Positions 5,966-15,422 of a stretch of DNA of 38,552 nt are shown piece by piece. The DNA is taken from the sequence record DRR723986_1367. One strand, 5' to 3'. The notes below the pieces were generated by a model. That model searched no databases. It saw only the letters and a list, made by a program, of their open reading frames with translations, and was not told the DNA's origin. A program made the position numbers and the translations under genes. Each line of letters starts with the position of its first letter. The stretch's first letter is position 1.

Positions 5966-8059
5966 ATGGTCAAACATAAGAATGTATCAGGAAATAGTGT
6001 GATCAAGGCAAGCGCCGCATTGGCACTTACTATCGCTATGCACGGGGGGCTGAATGCAGCTCTTAGTGCGGCAGAACCGGTGCCAAACGGCTTGCAATAC
6101 ACCGATGTTTTCAATTTGGAATATGCCACTGGCCCCCAAATAACACCGGACGGGCAATCGGTTGTTTATGAGCGGCGGGCTATGGATGTGATGACTGATC
6201 GCGTGCGGTCTAACATCTGGTCTGTTGGGCTCGACGGCCAGAACCACCGGCCCATTCTGTCAGGTAAAGCACAGTATAGAATGCCACGCTTTTCGCCGGA
6301 CGGCACACGGCTGGCTTATTTGTCAACCGTGGAAGGCAAAACCCAAATTTATGTTCGTTGGCTGGATAGCGGTGCCACTGCACGGGTAACCGACTTGAAG
6401 GTGTCGCCGTCAAACATCAGTTGGTCGCCGGACGGCAAGCATATTGCTTTTACCATGTTTGCACCCTCGGCTGGCCCTTCGTTGTTTACCATGCCTTCTA
6501 AGCCTAAAGGGGCAAACTGGGCAGGCACCGCGCGTGTGATTGATACCATGACATACCGCATCGATGGTGCCGGGTATTTGCCAACCGGGTTTTCCCAAGT
6601 GTTTGTTGTGCCGTCAGACGGCGGTTCGCCGCGCCAAATCACCAGTGGTAATTTTAACCATAGTGGCACTATTAGTTGGACAGCGGATTCGGCAAATATT
6701 TTAGTTTCTGCCAACCGGAACGCAGACTGGGACATGAACCCCCGTGAAAGCGAGATTTATTCTTTTTCTGTAGCTGATGGCTCAGTGACGCAGTTAACCC
6801 AGCGGGTTGGTCCGGACGCCAATCCGATTGTGTCTCCGGACGGCAGCAAGGTTGCATACACCGGCAATGATGAAAACAACATGTCACACCAAAACGGTGA
6901 CCTGTATGTGATGAACATAGATGGATCTGGCGTGCAAAATCTGACCGCAGGGTTAGACCGGGGCGTGAGTAATGTTCAATGGAACAGTGATGGCACCGGG
7001 CTTTATTATTCTTATAATAATTCTGGTAAAAAGCTGGTGGCTTTCACCAATCTTGCCGGTAATGGCCGTGTTATTACAGACGCCCTTGGGGGCACTGCGC
7101 TTGGGCGGCCCTATGCCAGCGGCACCTACCGTGTGGCACCGGATGGCCGCGTTGTCTTTACTCAAGCCCGCGCCGACCGCCCCGGTGACTTGGCGGTAAT
7201 TGATCGAATCGGGTCAGTGACTGCACTTACCGACCTGAACGAAGATGCGCTCGGCGCGCGGGCCATGAGCCAAGTGGAACGCATTGCGACCAACTCTAGT
7301 TTTGATGGCCGCGAAGTGGAAGGCTGGATTGTCCGGCCCGCCAACTTTGACGCCTCCAAGCAGTATCCATTAATACTGGAAATTCATGGTGGTCCGCACG
7401 GTGCTTATGGCCCGGGCTTTAGTACAGAAGTTCAATTGATGGCGTCACAGGGCTATGTGGTTCTTTACACCAACCCGCGCGGCAGCACCTCATATGGGGC
7501 TGAGTTTGCCAACCTCATTCACCATAATTATCCATCGGAAGATTATGACGACATGATTGATTTGGTGGATGCAACCATTGCGCAAGGGTCAATTGATACT
7601 GATCAGCTGTATGTAACGGGCGGCTCAGGCGGCGGTGTGCTAACTGCATGGATTGTTGGCAAAACGGATCGCTTCCGGGCGGCAGTTGTTGCTAAGCCAG
7701 TGATTAACTGGTCCAGCTTCGTGCTTACAGCGGATTTCAGCGCAATGTTCACCAAATATTGGTTCCCGGACATGCCGTGGAATGAGCCTGAGCATTATTG
7801 GAAGCGTTCACCTTTGTCTCTGGTTGGCAATGTGAAAACACCGACCATGGTAATAAGTGGTGAGGACGATTATCGCACGCCGATTTCTGAGGCCGAGCAA
7901 TATTATAAAGCCCTGAAGCTTGAGGGTGTGCCAACCGCCATGGTGCGTGTGCCGGGCGCAAGCCACGGTATTGCAGGTAAACCCAGTAACTTGATCCAGA
8001 AAATTGGTAATATCATTGGCTGGTTCAAAAAGTTTGAGGGCGATACGCCTGCAGATTAG
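5966..8059 (+). CDS. S9-family serine peptidase (acylaminoacyl/dipeptidyl-peptidase-like), exported, with beta-propeller
   Basis: Signal peptide, repeated SPDG blades, IHGGPH, catalytic GGSGGG / DYRT / ASHG. Start at ATG 5966 after AGGGA. Confidence 0.95.
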   Translation: MVKHKNVSGNSVIKASAALALTIAMHGGLNAALSAAEPVPNGLQYTDVFNLEYATGPQITPDGQSVVYERRAMDVMTDRVRSNIWSVGLDGQNHRPILSGKAQYRMPRFSPDGTRLAYLSTVEGKTQIYVRWLDSGATARVTDLKVSPSNISWSPDGKHIAFTMFAPSAGPSLFTMPSKPKGANWAGTARVIDTMTYRIDGAGYLPTGFSQVFVVPSDGGSPRQITSGNFNHSGTISWTADSANILVSANRNADWDMNPRESEIYSFSVADGSVTQLTQRVGPDANPIVSPDGSKVAYTGNDENNMSHQNGDLYVMNIDGSGVQNLTAGLDRGVSNVQWNSDGTGLYYSYNNSGKKLVAFTNLAGNGRVITDALGGTALGRPYASGTYRVAPDGRVVFTQARADRPGDLAVIDRIGSVTALTDLNEDALGARAMSQVERIATNSSFDGREVEGWIVRPANFDASKQYPLILEIHGGPHGAYGPGFSTEVQLMASQGYVVLYTNPRGSTSYGAEFANLIHHNYPSEDYDDMIDLVDATIAQGSIDTDQLYVTGGSGGGVLTAWIVGKTDRFRAAVVAKPVINWSSFVLTADFSAMFTKYWFPDMPWNEPEHYWKRSPLSLVGNVKTPTMVISGEDDYRTPISEAEQYYKALKLEGVPTAMVRVPGASHGIAGKPSNLIQKIGNIIGWFKKFEGDTPAD

Positions 8060-8081
8060 AGCAGGGTACAAAAAAACAGAT

Positions 8082-8109
8082 AAAAAAGGGTCCTTCGGGG
8101 CCCTTTTTT
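8082..8109. terminator. Intrinsic terminator
   Basis: AAAAAAGGGTCC-TTCG-GGGCCCTTTTTT. Confidence 0.9.
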
Positions 8110-8204
8110 GCAAATATAGCCATGCCTGTTAAGCTATTGATTAGCGAATACGCGTTAAGTGTAAGCGGGTGAAGTATGAAATGAAAAGGCTGGGGAGTAA
8201 TATC

Positions 8205-10292
8205 ATGACGACAGTAATGAGGCTAAAGGTTGGGAATTTTAAATGTGCGCTTGCCGCATGTGTGGTTTTTTCTACTGCCATGTATGCAGCGCCTGTCAGC
8301 GCCGCACCGCCCACACCTGTTGAAAATGGCCTGCAATATCAGGATGTTTTTAATCTTGAATATGCAACGTCGCCGCAGGCAACCCCGGACGGACAGTCGA
8401 TCTACTATGAACGTCGATCGATGGATATTATGACCGACCGTATTGGCACCAATATCTGGACTGTTGATTTAGACGGCGGCAATCACCGCGCGGTGTTGTC
8501 CGGCAAAGCACAATACCGCATGCCGCGGTTCTCTCCGGATGGCACGCGGTTGGCGTACCTGTCGAATGAAGACGGCAAAAATCAGATTTATATTCGCTGG
8601 CTGGATAGCGGAGACACCACACGCTTAACAAACCTTGAGCGTTCGCCGTCGAACATTAGCTGGTCGCCAGACGGTAAGCAAATTGCGTTCACCATGTTTG
8701 TGCCTGAACCAGGTCCGTCATTGTTCAAAGTGCCAGTAAAAAAACCGAAAGACGCCAAGTGGGCTGCTGAAGTTGGTGTGACCGACAAACTGACCATTCG
8801 CCGCAACGGTGCGCCGGGCTATGTGCCATATGGCTTTACCCATGTTTTTGTTGTGCCGACAGATGGTGGCACCCCGCGCCAAGTGACGCATGGCGCTTAT
8901 AACCATAGAGGAGCGGTTTCATGGGTGCCCGACGCGAGTGCATTTGTGATCTCGGCAAACAGAAATGAAAACTGGGACCGCGATGGGCGTGAAAGCGACG
9001 TTTATAAGGTGAGCTTAGCGGATGGCGCGATCACTGCGCTTACCAGCCGTGATGGCCCCGATGGTTCGCCGGTTGTCTCGCCCAAGGGAGACCTCATTGC
9101 CTATACCGGTAATGACGACGACGGCCTGACCCAGCAAAACCGAGATCTATATATCATGAATATGGATGGCAGCGGGGTGCGCAACCTGACCGCAGGCCTT
9201 GACCGCAGTGTGGGCAATGTTCAGTGGAATGCTGATGGGTCAGGGTTGTATTATTCTTATGTTGCATCGGGCAAAAGGGTTGTCGCTTACACAAATTTGG
9301 CCGGTAATGGGCGGGTTATCACAGAAGAATTAGGCGGCACATCCCTTGGTCGGCCGTATGCTGGCGGCAACTACGGTGCTATGCCAGACGGGCGTATCGT
9401 CTTTACCCAAAGGCGCACAGATCGCCCGGCGGACCTTGCGGTTGTAGACCGGATTGGCAATGTAACCACATTAACTGATTTGAATGGTGACGTGATTGGA
9501 CACCGCCGCATGGCAACGGTGGAACGCATCACTGTGAATTCAAGCGTTGATGGTCGCGAGATTGAAGGCTGGCTTGCCAAGCCAGCGGGTTTCGACCCCT
9601 CTAAAAAATATCCGCTCATTCTCGAAATTCATGGCGGTCCCTTTTCGGCATATGGCCCCATGTATAGCAGTGAAATCCAGTTGATGGCGGCGCAGGGCTA
9701 TATGGTGCTTTTTGCCAACCCCCGGGGCAGCACGTCTTACGGCGCTGATTTTGCCAACCTGATCCATCAGAATTACCCGTCAGAGGATTATAACGATCTG
9801 ATGGATTTGGTTGATACCACTGTTGCGCAAGGCGCGGTTGACGAGGGTCAGCTTTACGTAACCGGTGGTTCGGCAGGCGGCATCATGACCGCATGGATTG
9901 TGGGCAAAACCAATCGCTTTCGGGCGGCTGTTGTCGCTAAACCTGTGATTAACTGGACCAGTTTGGTTCTCACATCAGATGCCGGTGTTGGCACAGTGCA
10001 AACCTGGTTTAGCGACATGCCCTGGAATGTGCCGATGGAATATTGGGAGAGTTCGCCCTTATCATTGGTGGGCAATGTAACGACGCCAACAATGGTTCTT
10101 GTTGGGGCAACGGATTACCGAACGCCAGTATCGGAGTCGGAGCAATATTATACAGCGCTCAGGCTAAAAGGCGTGCCAACAACCTTGGTGACGATGCCAA
10201 ATACGGACCACGGCCTGGCGAGTAGGCCAAGCAATCTCATTCGGAAAGTTGGCAACATCATCGCTTGGTTCAAGAAATATGAAAGCGAGTAG
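8205..10292 (+). CDS. S9-family serine peptidase, tandem paralog
   Basis: Collinear with the upstream paralog; IHGGPF, GGSAGG, DYRT, TDHG. Start at ATG 8205 after GGGGAG. Confidence 0.95.
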   Translation: MTTVMRLKVGNFKCALAACVVFSTAMYAAPVSAAPPTPVENGLQYQDVFNLEYATSPQATPDGQSIYYERRSMDIMTDRIGTNIWTVDLDGGNHRAVLSGKAQYRMPRFSPDGTRLAYLSNEDGKNQIYIRWLDSGDTTRLTNLERSPSNISWSPDGKQIAFTMFVPEPGPSLFKVPVKKPKDAKWAAEVGVTDKLTIRRNGAPGYVPYGFTHVFVVPTDGGTPRQVTHGAYNHRGAVSWVPDASAFVISANRNENWDRDGRESDVYKVSLADGAITALTSRDGPDGSPVVSPKGDLIAYTGNDDDGLTQQNRDLYIMNMDGSGVRNLTAGLDRSVGNVQWNADGSGLYYSYVASGKRVVAYTNLAGNGRVITEELGGTSLGRPYAGGNYGAMPDGRIVFTQRRTDRPADLAVVDRIGNVTTLTDLNGDVIGHRRMATVERITVNSSVDGREIEGWLAKPAGFDPSKKYPLILEIHGGPFSAYGPMYSSEIQLMAAQGYMVLFANPRGSTSYGADFANLIHQNYPSEDYNDLMDLVDTTVAQGAVDEGQLYVTGGSAGGIMTAWIVGKTNRFRAAVVAKPVINWTSLVLTSDAGVGTVQTWFSDMPWNVPMEYWESSPLSLVGNVTTPTMVLVGATDYRTPVSESEQYYTALRLKGVPTTLVTMPNTDHGLASRPSNLIRKVGNIIAWFKKYESE

Positions 10293-10321
10293 GCCGCTGA
10301 TTAGAGTGCATTGAAAATGCT

Positions 10322-10353
10322 ATAAAAAGGGACCTGTATAGGTCCCTTTTTAT
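10322..10353. terminator. Bidirectional intrinsic terminator
   Basis: ATAAAAAGGGACCT-GTAT-AGGTCCCTTTTTAT between convergent genes. Confidence 0.9.
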
Positions 10354-10359
10354 TTTAGG

Positions 10360-12075
10360 TTACTGCGCCTGAAAAATAACCTCGCCGTCAACGATGGTTA
10401 ATGTGGCTTTGCCCTTGGGAATGTCTGCCTCAATGGCCGTCATAAGATCCACGTCAAAAGCCGTGAAGTCTGCTTTCTTGCCCACAGCGATAGAACCAAT
10501 CTGATCTTCCTCGAATGAGGCAAAGGCAGGCCAAAGGGTAAACATTTTTAAGGCCTCTGAACGGGTGAGTGCTTCTTGAGGTCGCCAGTTTTCGCCTTGA
10601 AACCCGTTTAGATCACGACGGGCGGTGGCAGCATAAAATTCAATCAGCGGATCACCGCGTTCAACCGGGGCATCAGAGCCACCAGCGATGATCACACCTG
10701 TCTCCAAAAAGCTGGACCAAGCATAGGCACCATCTAGTCGTGCATCCCCCAAGCGGTCGGCAGCAAAATGCATGTCCCCAATGGCGTGGCTTGGTTGCAT
10801 GGACGGAATAACACCCAGCTGCGCATAGCGCGGAATATCATCAGGATGAACGATCTGCGTGTGTTCATCGCGCCAACGCGGCGTTGCGACAGCGCGCTCA
10901 GAAGGCGGCACATTTGTGAATGTGGTCTCGAACCAATTGAGCAGCTCGCGGTTGGCACGATCTCCGATGGCGTGCATGTTCACTTGAATGCCTTCGCGCA
11001 AGGATAAGTCCAGCAGGGGCATAACTTCTTCAGCTTTTGACAGGATTAAACCGGTTGAATTGGCGTCTGCATAGGGTTCTAGAAGAGCCGCACCGCGCGA
11101 GCCAAGCGCACCGTCCATATAGAGTTTCATCGCTCGCGTAACAATGCGGCCATTTTCGCTGCGACGATGGCCACTTTGCACCAGCTGGGTGAGCGCATCA
11201 CGGTTGATGGAATTATAAACCCGAATACCCAGGTCGCCGTCGTTAGACAGGGATTCCATTAGTTCCACTTCTTGCCAGCTAACGGACATGTTGTGCAGGC
11301 CTGTCCAGCCATATTCGCCGTATACCCGACCGCCTACGGAGAGTTGTTCTTCAACTTCTGCTCGGGTTGGCGATGGGATTAACTGGTTCACCAAATTCAT
11401 GGCGGCATCGATGAGAATGCCGGTTGGCTCGCCGAGTGCATTTTTTTGTATTTCACCGCCAAAGGGTGCTGCAGTTGTGTCTGATATGCCAGCCGCAATC
11501 ATGGCAGCGCTATTAGCGACGGCGGCGTGCCCGTCCGCCCGGAACAAAATAACGGGTCGGTTGCTTTCAATATCGTCCAGATCCCAACGAGAGGGAAAAC
11601 GGCCTTCGGGCCAGTGGGTTTCGATCCAACCACGACCAACAATCACCGCCTGATCATTTGCACTGGCATATTCATTTAAAGCGGTTTGAACAGCCTTAAG
11701 GGAGGCCATACCCTCTAAGTTGAGCGATAGTTCACGAGCACCGATGCCAGACAGATGCGCGTGGGCGTCTACAAACCCGGGGTATAGTGTTGCGCCTTCC
11801 AGGTCGATAATACGGGTGCCCTCAGATACATATGTTTCGGCAGTGGCTCGCGCACCGACAAAAATAATCCGGCCGTTATCTACGACAATCGCCTCTACTG
11901 AAGGGTTGCTATCTTCGGCGGTATAGATTGTACCGCCCCAAATAACCATTTCTGCGGTTGGAAAAGGTTCATCGTTTGCTGCTGATTGACCGTCTGTGGT
12001 TTGAGCAAATACACTACTCAAAGGCATAAGCACGGCGGTAGCCAGCGCCAAAATCAAACATTTCAAATGGGGCAT
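10360..12075 (-). CDS. Amidohydrolase-3 family (YtcJ-like) metallohydrolase, exported
   Basis: PGFVDAHAH, DGHAAVANS, KLYMDGALGSRGA, HAIGD, EHTQ, GSDAPV; signal peptide. Confidence 0.92.
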   Translation of the reverse strand: MPHLKCLILALATAVLMPLSSVFAQTTDGQSAANDEPFPTAEMVIWGGTIYTAEDSNPSVEAIVVDNGRIIFVGARATAETYVSEGTRIIDLEGATLYPGFVDAHAHLSGIGARELSLNLEGMASLKAVQTALNEYASANDQAVIVGRGWIETHWPEGRFPSRWDLDDIESNRPVILFRADGHAAVANSAAMIAAGISDTTAAPFGGEIQKNALGEPTGILIDAAMNLVNQLIPSPTRAEVEEQLSVGGRVYGEYGWTGLHNMSVSWQEVELMESLSNDGDLGIRVYNSINRDALTQLVQSGHRRSENGRIVTRAMKLYMDGALGSRGAALLEPYADANSTGLILSKAEEVMPLLDLSLREGIQVNMHAIGDRANRELLNWFETTFTNVPPSERAVATPRWRDEHTQIVHPDDIPRYAQLGVIPSMQPSHAIGDMHFAADRLGDARLDGAYAWSSFLETGVIIAGGSDAPVERGDPLIEFYAATARRDLNGFQGENWRPQEALTRSEALKMFTLWPAFASFEEDQIGSIAVGKKADFTAFDVDLMTAIEADIPKGKATLTIVDGEVIFQAQ

Positions 12076-12207
12076 GGTGTATCTCCTTTAATCGTCATGC
12101 TATGCGGGGAAGAAAACTTGTCAAGCACGCAAACTTGCGCCGTGGTCCAATTGCAGGCACAATAGTGCGCGAAACGAATTAATGATTAAGAGTGGACGAA
12201 CTGCGAG

Positions 12208-13560
12208 ATGAAAAGCGCGCTGGTTGCATTGCTGGTATTTGTTTGGATGCCTTTCATGTTGTTTAAACCGCATGTAGGTGTGCTGGTCTGGAATTGGGTG
12301 TCTCACATGGCGCCTCACAGCTATACATATGGCTTTGCGTATTCTTTCCCGTTTCTGGTTCTCGTAGGCGGATTAACGGCGGCAGGTATGATTTTTGCCC
12401 GAGAGCCTAAATATTTTCCCGGTCACCCTATTGTTATTGCTTTATTGATGTACTTTTTCTGGACCGTCGTAACTTATTTGTTTGCTTTTGATCAATCAGT
12501 GGGCGAAGAGAAAATTGTCCAGTTTTCTAAAGTGATTATTTTTGCGCTGCTATCAATGGTGATAATGCAGTCGCCTAACCGCCTGAAGGCATTCATGTAT
12601 GTAATGATTTTGTCCCTACTTTTCATCTCGGTTAAAGGGGGGTTATTTACAATTGCAACAGGTGGTGGTTACCGTGTGCAGGGCGCGGGCGGCATGATGG
12701 GAGATAATAATCAGCTGGCAATGGCAATGGCCATGTTGTTCCCAATTTCAATATTTCTAGCGCAACATCCGCCGTATAAAATACTGAAATGGCCTTTGGT
12801 TATGGCATCGTTTTTGGTGCCCATCACCGCTATCGGTACTCAGTCCCGAGGCGGTTTGGTTGCGATTTCGGCAGTTTTGTTGATGTTACTGCTCAAGAGT
12901 AAACGGAAGTTTATGCTTATCGCAGTCACGGTGCCACTCGTAGTTGGGGCCGTTACATTCATGCCTGATAGCTGGAAAAACCGGATGCAGACTACTGAAA
13001 ATGCGACCGAGGACGACAGCTTTAAAGGCCGGGTTTCCATGTGGAACTATGCAACAAATGTTGCTAATGATTACCCAATGGTCGGGGGCGGTTTTAATGT
13101 TTTTTATATTCCTTCTTTAGGCCCAGAGTATATGCCGCCAGGCTATAAGATGCGCGCACCGCATTCGATTTATTTTGAGGTGCTGGGAGAGCATGGCTAC
13201 ATGGGATTGTTCTTATTCCTAACTTTGTTGTTTACTGGTTATTATGCCGCCGGAACGAACGCCAAAATGTTCAGGCCTTACGAGGAAACCAGATGGATCG
13301 GCGATCTGGGAGGAGCGATCCAATTGAGTTTGATTGGGTTTGCTGTAGGGGGCCTTACAGTGAATATTGCCACTTTTGATGTGTATTATCATTTGCTTAT
13401 CGTAGTGGTTTTAGGCCGCGTGGTTGGTGACAAAATGCTTGAAAAAGGCGCCACTAAAATTGTTACCAAGCGTGAAGAACAAGTGAAAACCAACGGTAAA
13501 TGGAAACCACCCGCACCGAAAAAACAAGGGCCTGTTCCTGCGGAGCGGGTAGTCAACTAA
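12208..13560 (+). CDS. O-antigen-ligase-like protein, exosortase-A-associated O-glycosylation ligase type
   Basis: Polytopic membrane protein. KPHVGVLVWNWVSHMAPH...YGFA, DNNQLA, TQSRGG, HSIYFEVLGEHG. Confidence 0.82.
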   Translation: MKSALVALLVFVWMPFMLFKPHVGVLVWNWVSHMAPHSYTYGFAYSFPFLVLVGGLTAAGMIFAREPKYFPGHPIVIALLMYFFWTVVTYLFAFDQSVGEEKIVQFSKVIIFALLSMVIMQSPNRLKAFMYVMILSLLFISVKGGLFTIATGGGYRVQGAGGMMGDNNQLAMAMAMLFPISIFLAQHPPYKILKWPLVMASFLVPITAIGTQSRGGLVAISAVLLMLLLKSKRKFMLIAVTVPLVVGAVTFMPDSWKNRMQTTENATEDDSFKGRVSMWNYATNVANDYPMVGGGFNVFYIPSLGPEYMPPGYKMRAPHSIYFEVLGEHGYMGLFLFLTLLFTGYYAAGTNAKMFRPYEETRWIGDLGGAIQLSLIGFAVGGLTVNIATFDVYYHLLIVVVLGRVVGDKMLEKGATKIVTKREEQVKTNGKWKPPAPKKQGPVPAERVVN

Positions 13561-13566
13561 AAGCAC

Positions 13567-13947
13567 TTATTGGCGGGTATCATTATTTTGATCGTCATCC
13601 ATCAAAGCGGTTAGCGACCCGCTGCTGTTGCGGCGCGACCATTTTAGCGTTGCGATTAAAGCGCCAACAACACCTGCTGCGCCGATAACGGCGCCAAAAA
13701 TCATAAAGAAACCAAGCACCCAAGTGCCAAAGCTGAACTGGCTTTCGCAGCCGTCTTCACAAATTGATACCGTAGGGTCGCCAATAAATTTAAGAAAAAG
13801 CGCCAGTAATATAGCGCTGACAATAATCAGGCGAATGATTATCTTTGTGGTTAGAAACCCGTCCCGTCGTTTGCGCTGACGCTGACGTTTTTTTATGAAT
13901 ATATGCTCAGGCATGGCAACACTATGGTCGTCCGCGCCGTGCGGCAC
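13567..13947 (-). CDS. Hypothetical 2-TM membrane protein downstream of pspF
   Basis: Basic N-terminus, two TM helices, CEDGC loop. Likely start at ATG 13914. Confidence 0.65.
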   Translation of the reverse strand: MPHGADDHSVAMPEHIFIKKRQRQRKRRDGFLTTKIIIRLIIVSAILLALFLKFIGDPTVSICEDGCESQFSFGTWVLGFFMIFGAVIGAAGVVGALIATLKWSRRNSSGSLTALMDDDQNNDTRQ

Positions 13948-13950
13948 AAG

Positions 13951-15000
13951 TCATGAACACTCAATATTATGTTTTTTAATGGCGTGGCGTATTTGATCAT
14001 AACTAATTTTTAATTGTCCCGCTGCCGCGCGCTGATTATAGCGCGCATGGATTAAGGCAGTCTCAATCAAGCTCTTTTCATAGTTGGCAACTTCGCTTTT
14101 TAGGTCAACTGGCTGGGTAGCATTGAAGTTAAGGGCTTTTGGTGCGGGCGTGTTATCATGAGGTTCGCGCCCTTTAGCTTGCTCGTTGTCCATGTGGACT
14201 GGCAGCCTTGCAGTCGCTGGTCTGTAAGGGCTTTCGAAAGGATCAAAAACCAAACCACAAACCGGCGCTTCACCGTCCCAGCATGTATATACCGCGCGCT
14301 CTACTACATTCTTCAATTCACGAATGTTGCCCGGCCAGCTGTAGTTTAGCATGGCATCTACCGCCACGTCAGAAAACCCAGGAAACGTGAGCCATTCAAG
14401 TTCATGTGCCATTGCAGCACCAAAATGATTGGCCAGCTCCAGTATGTCTTCGCGGCGTTCACGCAGTGGCGGTACGGTAATAACGTCAAAGGCGAGGCGG
14501 TCTAACAGGTCGTGGCGAAAGGCGCCAGCATCGGCCGCGGCAGGCAGGTCTATATTGGTGGCACCAATCACCCGCACATCAACCTTAACCGTTTCTGTAC
14601 CGCCAACCCGTTCCAGTTCGCCGTATTCAATAACCCGTAAAAGCTTTTCTTGCGCTTGCATGGCCATGGTACCTATTTCATCAAGAAACAAGCTGCCCTC
14701 GTCTGCGGCTTCAAAACGGCCAGCCCGCCTATTACGGGCACCGGTAAAGGCTCCGGGCTCATATCCAAATAATTCGCTTTCCAGCAAGGTCGGTGCCAGC
14801 GCTGCGCAGTTCATTTTTTGAAAGACCTGATCCCACCGCATAGAAAGGAAGTGTAGCCGCGCGGCTATCATTTCTTTGCCTGTACCCCTTTCTCCAACTA
14901 CTAAAAGCGGCCGGTCTAACGGTGCGGCGCGGCTGATTTTGTCCATAAGGTCAAGGAATGCTGGCGAAGAGCCAATTATCTGGTCAGACTGATAATTCAT
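13951..15000 (-). CDS. pspF: Phage shock protein operon activator PspF (sigma54 enhancer-binding protein)
   Basis: GERGTGKE, ESELFG, GAFTGA, LFLDE, DLLDRLAFDV, WPGNIRELKN, C-terminal HTH, no receiver domain; divergent from pspA. Confidence 0.95.
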   Translation of the reverse strand: MNYQSDQIIGSSPAFLDLMDKISRAAPLDRPLLVVGERGTGKEMIAARLHFLSMRWDQVFQKMNCAALAPTLLESELFGYEPGAFTGARNRRAGRFEAADEGSLFLDEIGTMAMQAQEKLLRVIEYGELERVGGTETVKVDVRVIGATNIDLPAAADAGAFRHDLLDRLAFDVITVPPLRERREDILELANHFGAAMAHELEWLTFPGFSDVAVDAMLNYSWPGNIRELKNVVERAVYTCWDGEAPVCGLVFDPFESPYRPATARLPVHMDNEQAKGREPHDNTPAPKALNFNATQPVDLKSEVANYEKSLIETALIHARYNQRAAAGQLKISYDQIRHAIKKHNIECS

Positions 15001-15091
15001 ATTGCTAATATATGGTGAAAAAAACTAAATGTTAGGAATTATTTCTATAAGATGTATATTTAATATCAAAATTAAAATTAAAATATATATA

Positions 15092-15104
15092 TTTCAATGG
15101 TTTA
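15092..15104 (+). promoter_or_regulatory. Putative IHF site
   Basis: TTTCAATGGTTTA, one mismatch to WATCAANNNNTTR, in an AT-rich tract just upstream of the sigma54 promoter. Confidence 0.45.
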
Positions 15105-15120
15105 TAATTTTTTAAAAAAC

Positions 15121-15136
15121 TGGCACGCCTCCTGCT
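15121..15136 (+). promoter_or_regulatory. sigma54 -24/-12 promoter of pspABC
   Basis: TGGCACG-CCTC-CTGCT vs consensus TGGCACG-N4-TTGCW; adjacent to divergent pspF. Confidence 0.85.
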
Positions 15137-15422
15137 ATTAACCCTTCAACAACCCGATTTAGAAGAGGTTGTCCTTAAAAATACGAGAAACTAAGTCACA
15201 GACAACGAGCCAGACAGCAAAAGAAGCGCCCGAGTGTGACAGCGAGGGGTCAACAACAAAAAGCCAAAACAGTAATTGGCAATAATAACGACCAAAAACT
15301 GTGATCAGAAAAAGAAACCAGAAGGTTCAATGAGGATCGCCCACGGAAGTGTCAAATAAGGCCAATGAGCCAGATAAAAATTTTGAGACACATGCGAGGA
15401 TTATAAGAAAGGAACTAAAACT

